NCBI GenBank assembly: GCA_963775465.1
Contig: CAVZIW010000003.1
Span: forward strand, 288,001-352,000
DNA length: 64,000 bases
DNA from: Candidatus Bathyarchaeota archaeon
GTDB taxonomy: Archaea > Thermoproteota > Bathyarchaeia > Bathyarchaeales > Bathycorpusculaceae
Reading direction: 5' to 3'
The notes under the pieces are model-generated. The model did no database searches. It saw nothing but the letters and a program-made list of their open reading frames with translations, and had not been told where the DNA came from. Positions 59,205-64,000 of this stretch are shown here, in pieces; within the stretch, counting starts at the first letter, position 1; each line of letters begins with the position of its first letter. Position numbers and translations under genes: made by a program.

Positions 59205-59331
59205 AAATTCTGATCAAAAAAACTAAAAAAATCATAAATCACCCAAATCCTTCAACATCACCCATCCCAGTAATGGCTAAATACTGCAAAGCCTACTTCC
59301 GTTGATGATTCAGCATAGGTGAAACAGGAAA

Positions 59332-60669
59332 ATGGAAGACCTGCCCGAATTAGTTGCGGACTTAATTGAAGCAAGCCGCAAACACGAACAGTACCGAGAT
59401 AAACAATGCATAAACATGATAGCTAGCGAAGGACTCAAATCACCTGCAGTTAGTCAAATGCTAGATCTCTCACATGACCTCGCATCACGATATGCAGAAG
59501 GCGAAAACGACGCCCAGGGGCACGTAAAAAAACGTTACTATCAAGGGCAAAAATACATGTCCCAAATTGAAGACTGTGCAACGGACATTATGAAAAGCCT
59601 CTTCAAAGCAACTTGGGCAGATGTACGTTTAGTTTCAGGAACCCATGCAAACCTTGCAACCTTCAAAGGTTTATCGCTAGCTTCAAAAAACAATAAGATG
59701 GTGGTAACCCCGCTGAGTTGTGGTGCCCATATAAGCCACGACTACACAGGCTTAGCCGGTAACATTCTGGGTTTAGATAATATTAACCATGTTTACAATG
59801 TTGATGAATTCAATATCGATGCCGAAAAATCTGCGTATGTCATCCGTGCTGCAAAACCAGGCATAGTCACATTTGGCGGCAGCTTGTTTCTGTTCCCACA
59901 TCCAATCGAAGAATTAAAAGAAGTTTGCCATGAAGTTGGTGCCTACATAGCCTTTGATGCTTCACATGTCTTAGGCTTAATCGCAGGTGGACAATTCCAA
60001 GACCCTCTCCATGAAGGAGCTGATTTTATCACTTCTTCAACCCACAAAACTTTCCCTGGACCCCAAGGCGGAGTTATACTAGGCAGCCCAACTACCCCTG
60101 CACTGGAGAAAGCAGTAAAGAAAATTCAATTCGCAGTTTTTCCCCTTAGTGCTTCAAGCACTCATTTAGGTAGACTGCCTGCTTTGGGAATAGCAGCCTT
60201 AGAAATGAAGCTTTTTGGACAACAGCTTGCAAGTCAAATTGTGAAGAATGCTCAAACGGCGGCACAATATCTCTATGAAAACGGCGTCAAAGTTTTAGCT
60301 GAACAAAAAGGCTTTACTCGTAGTCACCAAATAGCCCTTGATGTCCGAAGTTTTGGCGGTGGCAACAAAATCGCCCAAGACCTCGAAGACGCAAACATAA
60401 TTCTCAATAAGAATCTCTTGCCTTACGATGACCAAAGCAGCAAAGAGAATCCCTCGGGTTTACGTGTTGGTTTTCAGGATATAACTCGTCGAGGTTTCTG
60501 TGAAGGCGACGTTAAACATCTCTGTGACCTTATGATTGATGTAATCAAAGGCAAACGCACACCTACTCAGGTCAAAATGGATGTATTAGGGCTAAAGAAA
60601 GAGTTTTGTGGCGTAAAATATGGGTTCCAAACTGTTGAAGAAGCTTTGCATTGCATAAAAAGGGCTTAA
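59332..60669 (+). CDS. glyA: Serine hydroxymethyltransferase (archaeal type)
   Basis: MIASE, RYAEG, SGTHAN, DASHVLGL, SSTHKTFPGPQGG, NKN, SGLRVG. Confidence 0.95.
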   Translation: MEDLPELVADLIEASRKHEQYRDKQCINMIASEGLKSPAVSQMLDLSHDLASRYAEGENDAQGHVKKRYYQGQKYMSQIEDCATDIMKSLFKATWADVRLVSGTHANLATFKGLSLASKNNKMVVTPLSCGAHISHDYTGLAGNILGLDNINHVYNVDEFNIDAEKSAYVIRAAKPGIVTFGGSLFLFPHPIEELKEVCHEVGAYIAFDASHVLGLIAGGQFQDPLHEGADFITSSTHKTFPGPQGGVILGSPTTPALEKAVKKIQFAVFPLSASSTHLGRLPALGIAALEMKLFGQQLASQIVKNAQTAAQYLYENGVKVLAEQKGFTRSHQIALDVRSFGGGNKIAQDLEDANIILNKNLLPYDDQSSKENPSGLRVGFQDITRRGFCEGDVKHLCDLMIDVIKGKRTPTQVKMDVLGLKKEFCGVKYGFQTVEEALHCIKRA

Positions 60670-60736
60670 CGCATTTTTCTTCTTTTACCCCCTAAACATT
60701 AATTAAGATACCTTTTAATTTTAGCAATGAAAACTT

Positions 60737-61021
60737 ATGACCTTTGATCTCCTTTCAATGCTCTTCTTAATAACCGCCATAGGCATTGTGGTTTTGTTCA
60801 TCTTGCTTCCAAGGTACGGTCCACACTATATCTCAAAACTAACTTGCCCAAACTGCAGAAAAAGCTTCAATTTCCATTGGGTTCCAGGTGCTACCTTGAC
60901 TTCACTTATTAACCGAAGCACTAGGCAACTGAAATGTCCATACTGCCACATAAAATCCACATATGACATAGCATCAACGAGAGTTAGCAGACAAAAAGCC
61001 GAAACGAAAAAGAAAGCTTAA
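60737..61021 (+). CDS. Small membrane-anchored zinc-ribbon protein
   Basis: N-terminal TM, CPNC and CPYC. Confidence 0.7.
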   Translation: MTFDLLSMLFLITAIGIVVLFILLPRYGPHYISKLTCPNCRKSFNFHWVPGATLTSLINRSTRQLKCPYCHIKSTYDIASTRVSRQKAETKKKA

Positions 61022-61096
61022 CGCATAAGTCTACGGCTTTTTTCAGAGAGCTTTATTATTCAGTTGTACAATCAACTTTTCCGTGGAGAATCTCTG

Positions 61097-62281
61097 ATGA
61101 AAGTATTGTTAAACGATGGTTTAGAGAAAGACGGTTTAGCGCTCTTTAAAGAAGCTGGCATCGAAACAGACACAAGAAAACGCGATTCAGCCACTTTGAT
61201 CTCGGAGATCGGTAAATATGACGCCTTGATTGTAAGGAGCGCCACTAAAGTCACCCGTGAAGTGCTCGAAGCTGGTGCGAGAGGTAAACTCAAAATAGTT
61301 GGCAGAGCCGGCGTTGGGTTTGACAATATTGATATTGTTGCTGCCTCGGAATTTGGAGTAGTTGTAAAAATTGCGCCTTATGGAAGTACCAATGCCGTCG
61401 CAGAATTAACAATTGATTTAATGCTTAGCATCTCAAGAAAGACACCCCAGGCTCATAGTTCCCTAAAAAATGGAGTTTGGGAAAAAAACAGCCTCAAAGG
61501 AAACGAAATCGCATACAAGACTCTGGGGCTTTTAGGTTGCGGAAGAATTGGACAAAAAGTTGCTCAAATCGCAAAACGCGGCTTTGAAATGGAAGTCATC
61601 GGTTATGATATTAGACCGTGCTTTGAATCAGGCATCAAGTTTCTGACAAAGGACGAAGTTCTCAAAAAGGCTGATTACATAAGCATCCACACTGGAGGCA
61701 AGGAAGTAGTTGTGGGAGAAAGGGAATTTAACCTAATGAAACCGACCGCTTACATAATTAACACTTCAAGAGGGAGTAACATTGACCAACAAGCTCTATA
61801 CAGAGCGCTGAAAGAAGGTAAAATCGCAGGAGCTGCAACTGACGTTTACGCTGAAGAGCCCAAAGTCGAGGGTGCAGAATTCAAAGACAAATTGATTGAC
61901 TTAGATAATGTTGTGTTAAGCAGCCACCTTGGTGCATCCACAATTGAAGCTCAACGTGAAACATCAACCGAGATTGCCCGCGTAATTTCTGGTTACCTCT
62001 TAGGTGGCGACTTCACTAACGCCATAAATGCAGGGGAAAGTATTGAGGTTGAAGAAAAAACCGTTCACACTCTGTTTATCCACCATCGAGATGTGCCAGG
62101 CGTATTTGCAAACATCGACAAGGTTTTAGCGGATAATGACATTAATATCCGGGCAAACTATTCAAGACAAATTGGCAGAAGCGGCTATGCAATATCTGTT
62201 TATGTCCTTCACCAGAAGGTTGATGATAAGGTTCTGCAAGCTATCAAAAAAATAGATAACGTGTGTGCTGTGAAAATCTAA
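61097..62281 (+). CDS. serA: D-3-phosphoglycerate dehydrogenase-like protein with ACT domain
   Basis: VRSATKVT, RAGVGFDNID, GCGRIG, INTSRG, DVYAEEP, HLGAST, HRDVPGV. Confidence 0.88.
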   Translation: MKVLLNDGLEKDGLALFKEAGIETDTRKRDSATLISEIGKYDALIVRSATKVTREVLEAGARGKLKIVGRAGVGFDNIDIVAASEFGVVVKIAPYGSTNAVAELTIDLMLSISRKTPQAHSSLKNGVWEKNSLKGNEIAYKTLGLLGCGRIGQKVAQIAKRGFEMEVIGYDIRPCFESGIKFLTKDEVLKKADYISIHTGGKEVVVGEREFNLMKPTAYIINTSRGSNIDQQALYRALKEGKIAGAATDVYAEEPKVEGAEFKDKLIDLDNVVLSSHLGASTIEAQRETSTEIARVISGYLLGGDFTNAINAGESIEVEEKTVHTLFIHHRDVPGVFANIDKVLADNDINIRANYSRQIGRSGYAISVYVLHQKVDDKVLQAIKKIDNVCAVKI

Positions 62282-62337
62282 GTCCAAAGTCTGATTCAAG
62301 CAGGAATATTAACCTCTCATTCTTCTTTTTAATTACC

Positions 62338-63018
62338 ATGCGATTAGGTGTTCTATTCTCAGGTGGTAAGGATTCTACACTTGCCCTTCACCTGGCAGAA
62401 GAAAAGGAGGAAGTAGTTTGTCTAATCACTCTTGTTTCAAAGAACCCGGAAAGCTACATGTTTCATACTCCAAACATTACCGTTACAGAGCTTCAAGCTA
62501 GAGCTCTGGGTTTGAGGTTAGTTACAGTTGGTACTGAAGGGAAAAAAGAAGAGGAACTTGCCGACTTGAAGCACGCTATTGTAGATGCAAAAACCAAATT
62601 CAAAATAGACGGCGTAGTTACAGGAGCAGTAGAATCCGTTTACCAAGCTTCCCGGGTTCAACGCATATGCAACAAGCTGGGTTTATGGTGTTTTAACCCC
62701 TTATGGAAGCTTGACCAAAAAATGCTTCTAGAAATGCTTATTGAAAAAAACTTCAATGCCATAATTTCTGGGGTTTTCGCTTATCCACTCGATGAGACAT
62801 GGCTTGGAAAACCAATAAATGAGCAATTCATAAAGAGGATAGTTATTCTTCAGGAACAGTATGGAATTAGTCCTTCGGGAGAAGGCGGAGAAATCGAGAC
62901 GACAGTTTTGGATGCGCCTCTTTTCACGCAGAAAATAGCTGTTACAGATTCGATGATTGATTGGCGGGGAAGCAGTGGCACCTTTCAGATTAAGCGCGCC
63001 AAGTTGGTGCCCAAATGA
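62338..63018 (+). CDS. Diphthine--ammonia ligase-like PP-loop ATPase
   Basis: SGGKDS, SYMFH, GAVESVYQ, PLW, GEGGEIET. Confidence 0.88.
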   Translation: MRLGVLFSGGKDSTLALHLAEEKEEVVCLITLVSKNPESYMFHTPNITVTELQARALGLRLVTVGTEGKKEEELADLKHAIVDAKTKFKIDGVVTGAVESVYQASRVQRICNKLGLWCFNPLWKLDQKMLLEMLIEKNFNAIISGVFAYPLDETWLGKPINEQFIKRIVILQEQYGISPSGEGGEIETTVLDAPLFTQKIAVTDSMIDWRGSSGTFQIKRAKLVPK

Positions 63019-63563
63019 TTTTGATTGTTGACCTGAATTGGAAACGAAATTCTTTGTCTTTTTCTGAATTTGTTTCGCCAATAATTTCTGCAGTTGAAGC
63101 CTTCGAGGATTGTGAGGTCAAACACTACTTAGATATCAAGCCTACACACCTAAGCAGTTATAGCAAGACTATTCTTTCTGGGACACCTCTAAAAGATAAT
63201 GCTACCTTAAAGAACGTAGAAAAATTCATCTGGCTGACAAAATTCCACAAGCCCATTTTGGGTATTTGCGCGGGAATGCAAACCATCAACCTTGCCTTCA
63301 ACGAACCGTTAAAACCTTGCTTGCAGGTGGGAATGGCAGAAATCAAAACACTTAGAGAAAACTCCCTATTTCACGGAAATTTTAACGCTTATACTCTTCA
63401 TAATTACTCAGTTGCGTCTTCGCAAACTTTCGAAACGCTTGCAATGTCAGCCAAATGTATCCAAGCAATAAAACACAAACAAAAAAGCATCTATGGCCTT
63501 CTTTTCCATCCTGAAGTTAGAAACCCCGAAATTTTAAAACGCTTTCTGCAAATGGAAAAATAA
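63015..63563 (+). CDS. Class I glutamine amidotransferase
   Basis: PILGICAGMQ, FHPE. Confidence 0.85.
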   Translation: MILIVDLNWKRNSLSFSEFVSPIISAVEAFEDCEVKHYLDIKPTHLSSYSKTILSGTPLKDNATLKNVEKFIWLTKFHKPILGICAGMQTINLAFNEPLKPCLQVGMAEIKTLRENSLFHGNFNAYTLHNYSVASSQTFETLAMSAKCIQAIKHKQKSIYGLLFHPEVRNPEILKRFLQMEK

Positions 63564-63699
63564 CGCTACTTCCATGCAAATAAAAATGCTAACAATGGCA
63601 GGTACTCAGGCTTGGATTTTACTGGATTTATCGATTTGTGGGTTTAGTTAAAAGTTAAATGTAAGTTTTTGTTGTAGTTTATTTAGCGGAGGATACATT

Positions 63700-64000
63700 T
63701 TGATTAATAGGTTACCAGTCGAGAAGTTGAGGAATGTCTGTGACCCCAGTTTTATGCATTGTGAATCAACAAAAGACCTGATTCCGATTAGCGAAATAAT
63801 CGGTCAAGAACGAGCAGTTCGGGCCCTGAAATTCGGACTCGGTATCAAGGACCACGGTTTTAACGTTTATGTTGCAGGTTACCCTGGAACAGGCAGAAAA
63901 ACCGCCGTGAAAAGCTTTGTGGAAGCTCAAGCTAATACACAACCAGTTCCGCCAGATTGGTGTTACGTTAACAATTTTAATAACCAGTATGAACCAAAAG
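63700..64000 (+). CDS. Lon-like AAA protease (LonC/AAA_32 type), N-terminal part, runs off window
   Basis: TTG start after GGAGG; IIGQERAVRALKFGL...FNVYVAGYPGTGRKT...DWCYVNNF. Confidence 0.85.
   Translation, partial: MINRLPVEKLRNVCDPSFMHCESTKDLIPISEIIGQERAVRALKFGLGIKDHGFNVYVAGYPGTGRKTAVKSFVEAQANTQPVPPDWCYVNNFNNQYEPK

Overview
Archaeal chromosomal segment, most likely Bathyarchaeia (inferred from gene content and protein style, not from a database search). It has three zones. (1) ~2.9-23.7 kb is an accessory array of single, mostly secreted or membrane-anchored genes, often in paralogous pairs. Two unannotated non-coding motif families punctuate it: a ~100-250 bp dispersed repeat centred on the palindrome GATTAAA-W-TTTAATC, and paired TTAGTCAA-N6-TTGAC boxes. 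(2) ~22.6-30.5 kb is an orphan terminase locus: an HTH gene and a terL-like gene with no capsid, portal or integrase gene in the window. Three further copies of the terL 3' end follow it and separate cargo blocks of toxin-antitoxin genes and an AAA_14 ATPase; a tRNA T-arm remnant lies among them and a G-quadruplex motif lies upstream. (3) ~30.6-64 kb is mostly core genes: archaeal (anhydromevalonate) mevalonate and isoprenoid operon, gltX, srp19, rps8e, smc-scpA-scpB, a GT4/GH130 cluster, fprA, a multicopper oxidase, DtxR-FeoA/feoB, glyA, serA, a diphthine-ammonia ligase-like gene and a LonC start. The terminase-anchored cassette array is the best candidate for an undescribed system. All annotations come from reading motifs by eye.
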